Shown here piece after piece: positions 1-9,884 of a DNA stretch of 64,000 bases. Position numbers and translations under genes: made by a program. Below the pieces are notes generated by a model. That model did no database searches, had not been told where the DNA came from, and saw nothing but the letters and a program-made list of their open reading frames with translations. Each line of letters begins with the position of its first letter. Positions within the stretch are counted from its first letter, which is position 1. This DNA is from Deltaproteobacteria bacterium (GTDB taxonomy: Bacteria > SAR324 > NAC60-12), in assembly GCA_038150265.1 (NCBI GenBank), contig JAYOTF010000005.1, positions 46,469-110,468 on the forward strand. Reading direction: 5' to 3'.

Positions 1-529
1 AGTGCAGCATCGACAGCCCGGGGGAGGACGTCTTGGGGCTCTCAATGACCACCTTGCCCCGGAAGCGTGGGTCGGTGAGGTCTTCCAGGGTCCGGGGCGG
101 CTCCTGAAGCGTTTCCGAGTCATAGACAAAGGCGATGTAGCCATAGTCGAAGGGCGTGACCCGGTGTTCCGGATCCAGCTGCAAGGCTTCCGGAACCCGA
201 TCCAGGTGCGGAGACCGGTACGGCTCCCAGAGGTCGTAGCGGAAGGACTTGGCCAACTCGCTGTCGTTGACGCCGAGGAGGACATCGGCCCGGGGGTTGT
301 TTTTCTCCAGAATGACTCGGCTCAGCACCGACCCGGAGTCTCCGGGGGCAATGACCTGAACGGAGCACCCGCACTGCGCTTCAAAGGCCTTGAAGACCAC
401 CGGACCCGGACCCCACTCGGTGTTGAAGGAGTCGTAGGTATAGACCACCAGGTCCTGGGCTTGAGCCGAAAAGGCGGCGAGGGACAAAAAGACGCTGGCG
501 CACCAGCGCAGCAGAGGACGTTTCAACAT
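1..529 (-). CDS. thiB: Thiamine ABC transporter substrate-binding protein (ThiB/TbpA-like), N-terminal part; gene continues past the window start
   Basis: Minus-strand translation from ATG (complement of 527-529) gives MLKRPLLRWCASVFLSLAAFSAQAQDLVVYTYDSFNTEWGPGPVVFKAFEAQCGCSV..., a signal peptide plus the TbpA-type VYTYDSF..WGPGP motif. A TPP riboswitch lies upstream. Confidence 0.8.
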   Translation of the reverse strand, partial: MLKRPLLRWCASVFLSLAAFSAQAQDLVVYTYDSFNTEWGPGPVVFKAFEAQCGCSVQVIAPGDSGSVLSRVILEKNNPRADVLLGVNDSELAKSFRYDLWEPYRSPHLDRVPEALQLDPEHRVTPFDYGYIAFVYDSETLQEPPRTLEDLTDPRFRGKVVIESPKTSSPGLSMLH

Positions 530-659
530 CAGCGTGTTCCTTGATGAAATGGTATCAAACGGAGCCCGAAGCTTGGGACTCGGATCACGCTTCGATGGGA
601 GAGAAAAGGGCTGGAAGGTTCCGAAGAAGCAGAGGCACCCCGGGAAGGGGGGTGGTGCG

Positions 660-745
660 GAACGTCGTTTTCCTGCGCCGGCATTACCCGGATCAGGTTC
701 CAAGGGTGTTCTCTCAGGCAATGCGCAGGCATCACCACCCCTAAC
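660..745 (-). ncRNA. TPP (thiamine pyrophosphate) riboswitch, THI element, in the 5' leader of thiB
   Basis: Minus-strand sequence GGGGUGGUGAUGCCUGCGCAUUGCCUGAGAGAACACCCUUGGAACCUGAUCCGGGUAAUGCCGGCGCAGGAAAACG. It aligns motif-for-motif with the E. coli thiM aptamer (GGGGUGCCC..GGCUGAGA..ACCC..CACCUGAUCUGGAUAAUGCCAGCGUAGGGAA). Confidence 0.85.
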
Positions 746-769
746 GAAGCTACCAGTAGCTTATCCAGA

Positions 770-1918
770 TCACTTGAGGTTTGTCAACGGCTCATCCAGG
801 CCGGGAATCTTCCAGGTGGTGACGCCAAAATCGGTCCGCATGCGCTTGTAGGGCAGGCGAATCTGGATGCAGGTGCCGCCGAGGTAGGGAGAGTCGTCGT
901 CGGCCTCAATGGTTCCCTGATGCTCCTCGACGATCATGCGGCAGACGGTCAGGCCGAGGCCGGCGCCATCGCGGGCCGCCTTGGTGGAAAAGAAGGGCTC
1001 AAAGATCGTCTCCTGAATCGGTCCGGAGAGGCCGGGGCCGCTGTCTTCAATGGTGAGGAGGATGCCGTTTTCTTCAGCCTCAAGCTCCACACGGATGGCG
1101 GGCTCATGAAGGTTCAGGGCCGCCTCGCAGGCGTTCTTGAGGACGTGGTACAGCACCTGCCGGATCAGCTGCTGATTGCCTTCCACCTTCAGGTCCTGAT
1201 CCGGAGCTTCCCAGAGGATTTCCACCTCGGAGAAGGGGCCCCGGAGGCGCTCGAGTGAGTCGTCAATGAGCTCCGTGAGGGTCACCGATTCTCCCCACTT
1301 GGAGCTGGTATCCTTGGAAACAAGGAGGATCTTCTCAATGACCGTCTTGATGTGTTCGGCGGCCTGTTCAATTTTTTCGAGGCTGATCTGGTCATCCTCT
1401 TCCAGCTCGGCCTTGAGGGGTTCCAGCTCCTTGAGGGACAGCATGATGGTTGCTGTGGGGGTATTGATGTGATGGGCGAGCTGCTGCGCGATCTCGCCGA
1501 GTGCCTCCATTTTGCTGCGCTTGAGCTTTTGCTCATGGGCTTCCCGGATGGCCGTCAGGTTCCGGACCGTGGTCAGCAGCTCATGAGGGCCGAGCGCCTG
1601 CATGCGGGCTTCAAACCAGCGCTGCTGCCCTCCGACATCAAGGGTGTAGGTGTAGCTGTAGATCTCCCCTGTGGCCAGCGCTTCCTGGGCGGCCTGGTCC
1701 CACGCCTCACAGTGCTCCTGGCTGAGCCACTGCGTCTTGTTGGTCCCGACGATGTCGCTTGCGGCCCCCAGCAGGTCCGGATGATCTGGAGTGAGGACTT
1801 CCAGAAAGTCGCCCTGGGCACTCATGCGGAAGACGAGGTCGGGCATCAGGCGGAGCAGGGCGCGGTAGGCCTGGTCGTGGGGAAGGGGGTTCAGCTGGGC
1901 AGAACGTGTTTCAGTCAT
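770..1918 (-). CDS. Sensor histidine kinase (PAS sensor, HisKA, HATPase_c); no cognate response regulator adjacent
   Basis: H-box HHINTPTATIMLSL. G-boxes DSGPGLSGPIQETIFEPFFSTKAARDGAGLGLTVCRMIVEEHQGTIE. Intact 382-aa ORF. Confidence 0.85.
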   Translation of the reverse strand: MTETRSAQLNPLPHDQAYRALLRLMPDLVFRMSAQGDFLEVLTPDHPDLLGAASDIVGTNKTQWLSQEHCEAWDQAAQEALATGEIYSYTYTLDVGGQQRWFEARMQALGPHELLTTVRNLTAIREAHEQKLKRSKMEALGEIAQQLAHHINTPTATIMLSLKELEPLKAELEEDDQISLEKIEQAAEHIKTVIEKILLVSKDTSSKWGESVTLTELIDDSLERLRGPFSEVEILWEAPDQDLKVEGNQQLIRQVLYHVLKNACEAALNLHEPAIRVELEAEENGILLTIEDSGPGLSGPIQETIFEPFFSTKAARDGAGLGLTVCRMIVEEHQGTIEADDDSPYLGGTCIQIRLPYKRMRTDFGVTTWKIPGLDEPLTNLK

Positions 1919-1933
1919 CGGCTTCTCCCGTGG

Positions 1934-2773
1934 TCATGAGCTTGACTCCAGCAGAGAGGGGAGCCACTCGGCGCTGGTTCCTTGTAAGAAAAGCCCGCCC
2001 GCTCGGACAATTTTTTCGACGAATTCATGAGCCTCCGGATCAATCACGATCATCGGGATGCGTGAGGCGGCATAATCGACAAACTGGTTGGGCAGGAAGA
2101 GGGTGCCGCTGCACCCTGCAATGAGCAGCAGGTCCGCTTCCCCCAGCCACGTCAGGGCTTCATCGAGCCGGTAGTGTTGGCTGCTCTGGTAGTACTCATC
2201 AAACCAGAGGACGTGAGGGCGCATGCCTTCGCCACAGTGCGTGCAGCGCATGAGGGGATCTTCAAAGACTTCGAGGCTGGTGTCTTGCGTCAGGAAGTCC
2301 CAGGGAATTTCCACCCGTTCATCAGGGCATCCGCGGCCGGTGTCTTCAAACTCCGGAGTCGCTTGCACGCACCGCATCCAGCAGATGGATCCATGAATTT
2401 CAATGGTTTGGCTGACCTGATTTCCTGCCTCAAGGTGCAGGTTGTCGACGTTTTGAGTGACCAATCGAAAGCGATCCTGAAGGCGTTGCTCGGCCTTGAC
2501 GAGGGCTCGGTGTCCGGGATTGGGCTGAGCGCCTCGGCACTTTTGAAATCGATGCCGGTACCAGTCCCAAACGACCAGAGGACTGTGGTGAAAAAATGAA
2601 GCTGTGGCCATTTCCTCGGGAGCATAGTTTTGACTCCCAACGGTCCAGAACCCATCGTGTCCGCGGAAGGTGGGAATGCCCGATTCCGCAGACACCCCGG
2701 CTCCGGTGAGGCAGAGGAGGGTTCCTTTTTCCTGGACGGACCGAATCAGGTTTTGGGCAAGCTCCAGAGGCAT
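1934..2773 (-). CDS. NAD-dependent protein deacylase, sirtuin (CobB/Sir2 family)
   Basis: GAGVSAESGIPTFRG Rossmann motif, QNVDNLH and HGS catalytic signature. Zn-ribbon CxxC...CxxC (CWMRC ... CTHCG). Length 279 aa is typical of CobB. Confidence 0.85.
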   Translation of the reverse strand: MPLELAQNLIRSVQEKGTLLCLTGAGVSAESGIPTFRGHDGFWTVGSQNYAPEEMATASFFHHSPLVVWDWYRHRFQKCRGAQPNPGHRALVKAEQRLQDRFRLVTQNVDNLHLEAGNQVSQTIEIHGSICWMRCVQATPEFEDTGRGCPDERVEIPWDFLTQDTSLEVFEDPLMRCTHCGEGMRPHVLWFDEYYQSSQHYRLDEALTWLGEADLLLIAGCSGTLFLPNQFVDYAASRIPMIVIDPEAHEFVEKIVRAGGLFLQGTSAEWLPSLLESSS

Positions 2774-2978
2774 GACGTACGGTGAAATTCAGAGAAGAGA
2801 GGATTGATTGAACCTGATGAATTCAGCATAGAACTAAACGACACAGGGTTTCTTTACAAGCAAAATGCAGTGTTTTTTGGATAAAAATTCTTAAAACGAT
2901 TTAAGCGCAGAGAAGTGAGGGGAAAGTGGGAGGTGGGGAGTGGGAGAGAGGCGCCGGAGGACCCGACGCCTCAGAGGG

Positions 2979-3833
2979 TTACGCGCCTACTTGCAGGAGC
3001 GCACGCTTGGTGAAGACGCGTGCCATGGCACGGCGGTAGTCTTCGCTGACAGACCAGTCGCTGAGGACGTCCTTGCCTTGGGTCGCCTGATCGGCTGCGG
3101 CTTTGGCCGAAGCGTCATTGACGGCCTGACCCTTGAGGGCATTTTCCACACCGGCATCGCGGAAGGCGGAGTGACCGACGCCACTGAAGCCGACCCGGAT
3201 GTCTGAGCAGGTGCCTCCGGACTTGTCCATGGCGACCGCAACGCCAACGTACGGGTACCGGGAAGCCGGCTGGGCGTACTTGACGTAGCAGGAGTTGGCA
3301 TTGGCCGCATCGGTGGGAATGCGGATTTCCACCAGCAGCTCTCCGGGCTGGACAGCGGTCTCCCACAGGTCCACGAAGTACTCGCTGGCCGGCACCACAC
3401 GCTCGCCACCAGCGCCCTTGATGACCATGCTGGCGTTCAGGGCCAGCACGGCACCCGGGTAATCGGCGGCCGGATCGGAGTGAGCCAGGGCCCCCCCGAT
3501 GGTGCCACGGTTGCGGACCTGGACATCGCCAATGGCCCCAGCGGCCTGGCTCAGCGCCGGAGCTTTTTGCTGAACGACGCTGGAGGATTCCAGCATCCAG
3601 TGGGTGGCCATGGCGCCAACAGCGATGTGATCGCCCTTGTCGTTGATGTACTTCAGGCCTTCGATGCCACCGAGGTCAATCAGCCGCTCCGGGGTCGCCA
3701 GGCGAAGCTTCATGGCTGGGACCAGGCTGTGGCCACCGGCCAGGATTTTGGCGTCCTCGCCATATTGCTGCATGAGCGCAATGGCTTCATCCACGCTGGA
3801 CGCCCGATGATAGTCAAATGAGGTAGGAACCAT
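2979..3833 (-). CDS. Molybdenum hydroxylase FAD-binding subunit (CoxM/CutM-like)
   Basis: N-terminus MVPTSFDYHRASSVDEAIALMQQYGEDAKILAGGHSLVPAMKLR, typical of CO-DH/xanthine-DH medium subunits. Third gene of an S-L-M operon. Confidence 0.85.
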   Translation of the reverse strand: MVPTSFDYHRASSVDEAIALMQQYGEDAKILAGGHSLVPAMKLRLATPERLIDLGGIEGLKYINDKGDHIAVGAMATHWMLESSSVVQQKAPALSQAAGAIGDVQVRNRGTIGGALAHSDPAADYPGAVLALNASMVIKGAGGERVVPASEYFVDLWETAVQPGELLVEIRIPTDAANANSCYVKYAQPASRYPYVGVAVAMDKSGGTCSDIRVGFSGVGHSAFRDAGVENALKGQAVNDASAKAAADQATQGKDVLSDWSVSEDYRRAMARVFTKRALLQVGA

Positions 3834-3921
3834 AAGAAATTCTCCTTTGTCTCAGGTTTCCGTCGCCCCTTCCTGCCGGTCATTCATGCAGCAAGGGGCC
3901 GATCGGGGTTCAGGTTGTGGA

Positions 3922-6285
3922 TCAGGAAGCGCTGTTGATGGCAGCCCAGACCTTTTGCGGGGTCAGGGGCATGGCCAGATCGCTCACTCCCAGCGGGCGC
4001 AGCGCATCCACCACCGCGTTCACAATGGCCGGAGTGGAGCCGATGCAGCCGGCTTCTCCAGCACCCTTGGCACCCAGCGGGTTGTGCGGGCACGGGGTGA
4101 CGTTGCCGTCCACCTCAAAGGAGATCAGGTCATCTGCACGAGGCATGGCGTAATCCAGGAAGGTGCCGGTGGTGAGCTGACCACTTTCGTCATACACTGC
4201 GCCTTCCAGCAACGCCTGACCAATGCCCTGGGCCAGACCGCCGTGAATTTGGCCTTCCACGATCATCGGGTTGACGATGTTTCCGACGTCATCGACCGCG
4301 ACGAAGCGCTTGATGGTCGTCTTGCCGGTTTCCGGATCGACTTCCACAACGGCAATGTAGGTGCCGAAGGGGTAGGTGAAGTTGGCCGGATCATAGAAGC
4401 TGTTGAACTCGATTCCGGGCTCCAGGCCTTCCGGGAAGTTGTGCGGGACGTAGGACGCGAGGGCGACTTCGCCGAAGCTGATCGACTTGTCGGTGCCCTT
4501 CACGGTCCAGCTGCCGTCGGCAAACTCGAGGTCCTGCTCCGACGCCTCCAGGAGGTGTGCCGCCACCTTGGCGCCTTTTTCCTTCACCTTCTCCAGGGCG
4601 CCCACGATGGCGCTTCCGCCGACCGCAAGGCTCCGGGATCCGTAGGTGCCCATGCCGAAGGGGACCTGCTCGGTGTCACCGTGGATGATCTCGACGTTGC
4701 TCATGTCAATGCCAAGGTGATCGGCCACCACCTGAGCAAAGGTGGTGTCGTGTCCCTGACCGTGGGAGTGGCTTCCGGTGTAGACCGACACCATGCCGGT
4801 CGGTTGCACACGGACGTTGGCGCTCTCAAAGAGTCCGGCCCGTGCCCCGAGGGAGCCCACCACCGCCGACGGCGCGATGCCGCAGGCTTCGATGTAGGAC
4901 GAGAAGCCAATGCCGATGTAGCGGCCTTGCTTGCGGGCTTCTTCCTGCTCCTTGCGCAGCTCGTCGTAGCCGATGATGTCCAGGGCCTTGCGCATGGCTG
5001 CTTCGTAGTTGCCGCTGTCGTACTGCAGGGCCACCTGGGTCTGGTACCCCGGTTGGTCCACCCCGTCAAAGGCCGGAATGAAGTTCTTCATGCGCAGCTC
5101 CGCCGGGTCCATGCCCATCTCGGCAGCAGCGGTGTCCATGAGCCGCTCCAGCAGGTAGGTGGCTTCCGGACGTCCGGCCCCCCGGTAGGCGTCCACAGCA
5201 GTGGTGTTGGTGAACACGGCGTTCACACTGACGTACACTGCCGGTGTGGTGTACTGTCCCTGCAGCAGGGTTCCATACAGGTAGGTGGGCACTGCCGTGG
5301 AGAAGGTGGACAGGTACGCGCCAATGTTGGCATCGGTGTGCACCTTGAGCGCCGTCAGCTTGCCGTCGGCATCAAAGCCCATCTGAGCCGTGGTGTGGTG
5401 GTCGCGTCCGTGTGCATCGGTGACAAACGCTTCGCTGCGCTCGGAGGTCCACTTGATCGGGCGTCCAATCTGCTTGGAGGCCCAGGTGACGAGGGCTTCT
5501 TCGGTGTAGTGATAGATCTTGCTGCCGAAGCCGCCACCGACGTCTTTGGCCACCACACGGACCTTGTGCTCGGGAATGCCAAGCACAAAGGCACACATCA
5601 GCAGGCGAATCACGTGCGGATTCTGCGAGGACGTGTAGAGCGTGTAATTGTCGCGAGACGCGTCGTAGTCGCCGATGTAGCTGCGTGGCTCAATCGGGTT
5701 CGGCACCAGACGCTGGTTGCGGATCTTCATGGAGGTGACGTGAGCGGCTTTGGCCAGCCCTTCGTCAGCCGCCGACGCATCTCCGAGTTCCCAGTCAAAG
5801 ACGAGGTTGTCCGGAAGCTCGTCGTGCACCTTTGCTGCACCCGGCTTGAGGGCATCCACCGATTCCACCACCACGGGCAGCTCCTCGTAGTCCACTTCAA
5901 TCAGGTCTGCCGCATCACGGGCCTGAGCCTTGGTTTCGGCAATGACCACGGCCACGCTGTCGCCCACGTGTCGGACCTTGTCGTGTACCAGCAGCGGGTG
6001 CTTGGGCTCCCGCATGGTCTCTCCGCTCTTGAAGTTGACCTGCCAGCCGCAGGGCACTCCGTTGACTTCCTGGACGTCTGCTCCCGTAAAGACGGCCACC
6101 ACTCCAGGGGCTGCCTTGGCGGCAGAGGTGTCAATGCTCTTGATGCGGGCGTGAGCCAGCTGGCTGCGCAGGATGTACGCGTGCGTCATGCGGTGCAGCA
6201 CAATGTCGTCGGTGTAGGTGCCCTTTCCGGTAATAAACCGTTGGTCCTCTACCCGCTTAATCGCTTGTCCAATGTATTTGCCCAT
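3922..6285 (-). CDS. Molybdopterin-binding large subunit of a form-II CoxL-like / xanthine dehydrogenase family enzyme
   Basis: Start ATG at 6285 with AAGGAGG RBS ([22 protein letters not shown]...). Active-site loop reads AYRGAGR (form II), not AYxCSFR of bona fide CO dehydrogenases. Confidence 0.9.
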   Translation of the reverse strand: MGKYIGQAIKRVEDQRFITGKGTYTDDIVLHRMTHAYILRSQLAHARIKSIDTSAAKAAPGVVAVFTGADVQEVNGVPCGWQVNFKSGETMREPKHPLLVHDKVRHVGDSVAVVIAETKAQARDAADLIEVDYEELPVVVESVDALKPGAAKVHDELPDNLVFDWELGDASAADEGLAKAAHVTSMKIRNQRLVPNPIEPRSYIGDYDASRDNYTLYTSSQNPHVIRLLMCAFVLGIPEHKVRVVAKDVGGGFGSKIYHYTEEALVTWASKQIGRPIKWTSERSEAFVTDAHGRDHHTTAQMGFDADGKLTALKVHTDANIGAYLSTFSTAVPTYLYGTLLQGQYTTPAVYVSVNAVFTNTTAVDAYRGAGRPEATYLLERLMDTAAAEMGMDPAELRMKNFIPAFDGVDQPGYQTQVALQYDSGNYEAAMRKALDIIGYDELRKEQEEARKQGRYIGIGFSSYIEACGIAPSAVVGSLGARAGLFESANVRVQPTGMVSVYTGSHSHGQGHDTTFAQVVADHLGIDMSNVEIIHGDTEQVPFGMGTYGSRSLAVGGSAIVGALEKVKEKGAKVAAHLLEASEQDLEFADGSWTVKGTDKSISFGEVALASYVPHNFPEGLEPGIEFNSFYDPANFTYPFGTYIAVVEVDPETGKTTIKRFVAVDDVGNIVNPMIVEGQIHGGLAQGIGQALLEGAVYDESGQLTTGTFLDYAMPRADDLISFEVDGNVTPCPHNPLGAKGAGEAGCIGSTPAIVNAVVDALRPLGVSDLAMPLTPQKVWAAINSAS

Positions 6286-6295
6286 GAATTCCTCC

Positions 6296-6757
6296 TTATG
6301 CGGACTGGTCAGCGGCCCACTGAACGGCCTTGACGATGTTGTCGTATCCCGTGCAGCGGCAGAAGTTTCCTTCGAGCGCATGCCGGATTTCTTGTTCGGA
6401 AGGCTTGGGGTTGCGTTGGAGCAACTGCCAGGAACTCATGATCATCCCCGGGGTGCAGTAGCCACACTGCAAGCCATGCTTCTCGCGGAAGCCCTCTTGA
6501 AGGGGGTGGAGCGTTCCGTTGGAAGCCAGCCCTTCAATCGTGGTGATTTCTGCGCCATCGCACTGCACAGCCAACAGGGTGCAGGACTTGACGGATTCGC
6601 CATTGACAACAATGGTGCAGGCCCCACAGCTGCTGGTATCACAGCCAACGTGGGTGCCGGTCAAACTGAGGTTTTCGCGCAAAAACTGCACGAGCAGGGT
6701 TCGTGGCTCGACGTCTTGGGAGACAGTCGCGCCGTTGACGGTCATCGTGACTTGCAT
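6296..6757 (-). CDS. (2Fe-2S)-binding small subunit (CoxS-like)
   Basis: MQVTMTVNG start with AAGGAGGA RBS. Cys motifs CDTSSCGAC and CGYCTPG..CRCTGY. Confidence 0.9.
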   Translation of the reverse strand: MQVTMTVNGATVSQDVEPRTLLVQFLRENLSLTGTHVGCDTSSCGACTIVVNGESVKSCTLLAVQCDGAEITTIEGLASNGTLHPLQEGFREKHGLQCGYCTPGMIMSSWQLLQRNPKPSEQEIRHALEGNFCRCTGYDNIVKAVQWAADQSA

Positions 6758-6864
6758 GGTGGGTCCTCCTTCTAATTTGGGAGAGAGGGTTAAGGCGCCT
6801 CGTGAGAGCAGAAAGCGCGAATGTGATAGCACGCGGTGCTACCGAAAGTCAATGATTCCGAGTG

Positions 6865-6893
6865 TTGACACCCGAAAAGCCCTTGGCTAAGGT
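6865..6893 (+). promoter_or_regulatory. Candidate sigma-70 promoter (TTGACA-17-TAAGGT) upstream of hypothetical gene 6926
   Basis: Exact TTGACA hexamer, 17-nt spacer, weak -10. Confidence 0.25.
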
Positions 6894-6925
6894 GAGTCCG
6901 CACCTTAGACCGCACAGGAGGGTTT

Positions 6926-7354
6926 GTGACGCATCGTTACCGAAAATGGTTCTTCCTCACTGCGACCTGCTGGAGCCTGACCCTGGGAACCGGCACCGCC
7001 CAGCCGGCTTCAGGCAACACCCCTGCCGCCCAGCGGCACGCCGACTTTGCCTGGGAGCGCCTCCGGGGGTGGGAACTGCAGTCCGTGGAAGCGACCTTCG
7101 AAGGCTTCGTCTGCGTGACCACCCTCAAGGGAGGAGTCGGGTTCCGACGCAAGGTCCTCCAGCAGCAGGAGGAGGCGCGCCAGCTGTTTTCCGACCTCCG
7201 GGCCCATGCGATTGAAGCCTCTGGAAGTGTCGGGTGTGTGGTCTATGCCTCCAGTCAGGGCCGGCAGTTTGCGGAGGCGGCGGTCCGGAGCTTCCTGGAT
7301 CGGAGCAAGAGCATGGTCTACTTCTATGGGGCGGCGCCCCAGGTGCAGCCGTGA
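6926..7354 (+). CDS. Hypothetical secreted protein
   Basis: Signal-peptide-like N-terminus MTHRYRKWFFLTATCWSLTLGTGTAQP. Strong GC3 codon bias consistent with coding. No recognisable domain. Confidence 0.45.
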   Translation: MTHRYRKWFFLTATCWSLTLGTGTAQPASGNTPAAQRHADFAWERLRGWELQSVEATFEGFVCVTTLKGGVGFRRKVLQQQEEARQLFSDLRAHAIEASGSVGCVVYASSQGRQFAEAAVRSFLDRSKSMVYFYGAAPQVQP

Positions 7355-7362
7355 AGGGGCCG

Positions 7363-7935
7363 CTAGCTCCGAGGCACCGGAGCCACCGCTTCCATGGGCA
7401 ACCCGGCTGCTTCCCAGGCCTCAATTCCGTCCTTGAACCAGGCGATGTGCGAGTAGCCCATTTCGGAGACACGCTTGACGGCGTTCCAGGACATCCAGCA
7501 ATTTGCTGTGCAGTAGAACACAATCCGGACCTCCGGATCAACAGCTGTTTGCGTCCTCATGAAATCCGAAAGGTAATTGAGCCACTCGGGGAGCAAGTCG
7601 CCGTGTCCAACGTTGGGAAGCCAGTAGCTGCCCGCAATGGCACGGTGGGGCTCGTCCCAGATGAAGCGCCCACTTCGGAACAGGGTGGGCTGAACGTCCA
7701 CCAGCACCAGCGGCTTCCCGTCCTGCCGCATGGCTTCCAGTTCCGCGACATGAACGGTCGCACCGCCTTCCGCCGCTTCTGGGGTCGGAAAGCTGTAGTG
7801 CATGATCCGGTAGCCATCGATGGTGAAGTATTCGTCTTCCCAATCATCCGAGGCTCCGGTATCCTGCGACCAAGCCGTGCTGCTCAGCAGCACTACTCCT
7901 AAAACTCCCACCACGAACCGCCTCATGAAACTCAT
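7363..7935 (-). CDS. PQQ-dependent catabolism-associated CXXCW-motif protein (rhodanese-like domain)
   Basis: Signal peptide MSFMRRFVVGVLGVVLLSSTAWSQ. Motif YCTANCWMSWNAVKRV (CxxCW). Alternative start at 7926. Confidence 0.8.
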   Translation of the reverse strand: MSFMRRFVVGVLGVVLLSSTAWSQDTGASDDWEDEYFTIDGYRIMHYSFPTPEAAEGGATVHVAELEAMRQDGKPLVLVDVQPTLFRSGRFIWDEPHRAIAGSYWLPNVGHGDLLPEWLNYLSDFMRTQTAVDPEVRIVFYCTANCWMSWNAVKRVSEMGYSHIAWFKDGIEAWEAAGLPMEAVAPVPRS

Positions 7936-8485
7936 CTTTGCCTTTTTTGTGTTTGTGCTGCTTGGCACACCAGCCGTCCTCCAGGCGGAAGGAGGAACGG
8001 AAAATACGGGGGTTGCCGCCCTGAAGGCCTATGCGGTCTTCAAAATGGGACGCTACGAAGAGTCCCTGGCCATGTGGCAAGCGCTCTCGGATCAGGGCAA
8101 CACCACCGCCATGATCAACCTTGCCAACCAGTACGAAAAGGGCCTAGGGACCCCGAAGGACCTCGATCAGTCCACCTTCTGGCTCACCAGGGCGGCGGAT
8201 CTGGGAGATCCGGTGGCGCAGTTGAACCTTGGCCTGGCCTATGAAGAAGGCCTCGGGGTGGAAAAGAACAACCGCACGGCTGCTCAGTACTTCCGGAAGG
8301 CAGCGGAGCAAGGCGACCGCGACGCTCAGTTCAACCTCGGTGTGATGCTGGCCACCAATTATGGAACCGACGCTCCTCCGGATGCGACGACTGTTGCCGA
8401 GGCCCGACGCTGGCTGACGGCAGCCAAAGAGGCCCGTCATCCGGACGCCGGTACCTTCTTGCAACTGCTTCCGCAGGAGCCGTGA
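7927..8485 (+). CDS. Sel1/TPR-repeat periplasmic protein
   Basis: Signal peptide MKLIFAFFVFVLLGTPAVLQA. Repeated Sel1-like blocks (AMINLANQYEKGLGTPKDLDQSTFWLTRAADLGDPVAQLNLGLAYEEGLGVEKN...). Confidence 0.75.
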
Positions 8486-9478
8486 TCAGCCTTCGGGCAG
8501 CACCCGGACCCCCCACGGGAAGCGTCCCACCTTGATGGACTTGAGCACCTTCAGGTCCTCCACGTCAATCACCGACACATCGCCACTGACCCCGTTGGTG
8601 GTGAGCAGCCGTTTTCCGTCGGGCGTGAGGTCCATGTGCCACACGCGCCGTCCCACCAGCAGGTACTTTTCCACTTCATAGGTTTCCGTGTTGACGACGG
8701 CCACGTGGTTGGCCGGCCCCAGGGCCACAAAGGCGAGGGTCTCATCCTGGTTGAAGCGGATGCCCACGGGCTGAATGCGGTTGGGGTGGATGCCCCGGAT
8801 CTTGAAGCCGAACTCCTTGACGGGTTCCTGCGTGGCCACATCAATCACGTGAATGGTCCCGCCGATCTCAGCCGAAGCCCAGACCAGGTTGCGGGTGTGC
8901 ATGAACTCCACGTGCCGGGGACGCTGTCCCACGAGTGTGTTGTGGACCAACTCCCGGGTTTCGGTGTTGATCCAGTGCAGCATGTTGGTGGTTTCAGACG
9001 TGTTGATCGCCCACTTGCCGTCTGGACTCACCGCCATGCCTTCCGGCTCCACGCCCACGTCAATCTGAGCCAGCACCTCCCGGGTTTCAGTATCGACAAC
9101 GGTGGCAATGTTGTCGTTCTCATTGGAAATGTAGAGGTCCCGGTTGTTGGGGTGCAGGGCAAACTGTTCCGGATCCTCTCCAGAGGGCAGGTTGTGGGTG
9201 ATCGTCCGGGTGGCGACATCCAGCACCTGCACGGTGTTGTCATCGCTGGCACAGATGAACAGGTGCTTGAAGTCCTTGCTGAAGATGATGCCCCGTGGAC
9301 GCAGCCCAACGGGAATCGTTTCGACCAGCTCGAGGGTCTTGAGGTCGATGACCGACAGGGTGTTGTCCTTCTCATTGGAAACCCACGCGGTTTGAGCCAG
9401 CGTCCATCCGGCTGAGCTGAGCCCCAGCACGCCCAGCACCCCCACTTTCCAGAGCTTAATCATCGTCTTCCTCGTCAA
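8486..9478 (-). CDS. PQQ-dependent catabolism-associated beta-propeller protein (YVTN repeat family)
   Basis: Signal peptide followed by repeated blocks: VSNEKDNTLSVIDLKTLELVETIPVG, YISNENDNIATVVDTETREV, FVALGPANHVAVVNTETYEV. Confidence 0.8.
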   Translation of the reverse strand: MTRKTMIKLWKVGVLGVLGLSSAGWTLAQTAWVSNEKDNTLSVIDLKTLELVETIPVGLRPRGIIFSKDFKHLFICASDDNTVQVLDVATRTITHNLPSGEDPEQFALHPNNRDLYISNENDNIATVVDTETREVLAQIDVGVEPEGMAVSPDGKWAINTSETTNMLHWINTETRELVHNTLVGQRPRHVEFMHTRNLVWASAEIGGTIHVIDVATQEPVKEFGFKIRGIHPNRIQPVGIRFNQDETLAFVALGPANHVAVVNTETYEVEKYLLVGRRVWHMDLTPDGKRLLTTNGVSGDVSVIDVEDLKVLKSIKVGRFPWGVRVLPEG

Positions 9479-9884
9479 ATTTGGATTTCTCTTCGTTCAG
9501 GACGCCGGCTTCAATGACGGCCTCGGCAATTCCTGCCTGGGCAACAATGCCGTCCCACGGCATGCCTGCGCGCCACTCGCCCTCATACATCGCCATGTCG
9601 GCACTGGCTTCCAGGCAGAGGCCTGAGGCAATTTCGGGATCGACCTCTTCCACCTCATCGGCTTCGACCGCCGCACAGATTTCCAGGCTTCCATAAAAGT
9701 ACCCCACGCCCTGGCCGTGAGGGACCCCGTCCTGGTCCTCTCCTTCGTACTCGGCCAGGTAGGCGTCCGGAAGCTCGGGTGTCCAGGTGAGGTCTTCGGT
9801 CAGGTAGAGTGAGTTGGCCAAGGTGGCTCCCGGCAGCAAACAGGTGCCCAGAAGCCCGATCAACAGAGAAGCAGTCGGTCTCAT
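9456..9884 (-). CDS. Hypothetical secreted protein with acidic C-terminus
   Basis: Start ATG overlaps upstream gene stop (ATGA coupling at 9881-9884). Signal peptide MRPTASLLIGLLGTCLLPGATLA. Ends ...EEKSKFDEEDDD. Confidence 0.5.
   Translation of the reverse strand: MRPTASLLIGLLGTCLLPGATLANSLYLTEDLTWTPELPDAYLAEYEGEDQDGVPHGQGVGYFYGSLEICAAVEADEVEEVDPEIASGLCLEASADMAMYEGEWRAGMPWDGIVAQAGIAEAVIEAGVLNEEKSKFDEEDDD

Noticed and set aside
1934-2773. Sir2-domain protein as a possible anti-phage effector (Thoeris ThsA / DSR / SIR2-HerA-like)
   Set aside because: It is a compact 279-aa canonical sirtuin with GAGVSAESGIPTFRG, catalytic His and a Zn ribbon. It has no SLOG/STALD/HerA partner and no neighbouring defence genes, so it is a housekeeping CobB-type deacylase.
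3847-6333. 828-aa plus-strand ORF antisense to the Mo-hydroxylase large subunit; similar long antisense ORFs at 16784..18811 and 42443..45247
   Set aside because: Stop-codon depletion on the antisense strand of high-GC genes. The translations are Gly/Arg/Val-rich low-complexity with no domain signatures, and the sense-strand genes have clear homology and RBSs.
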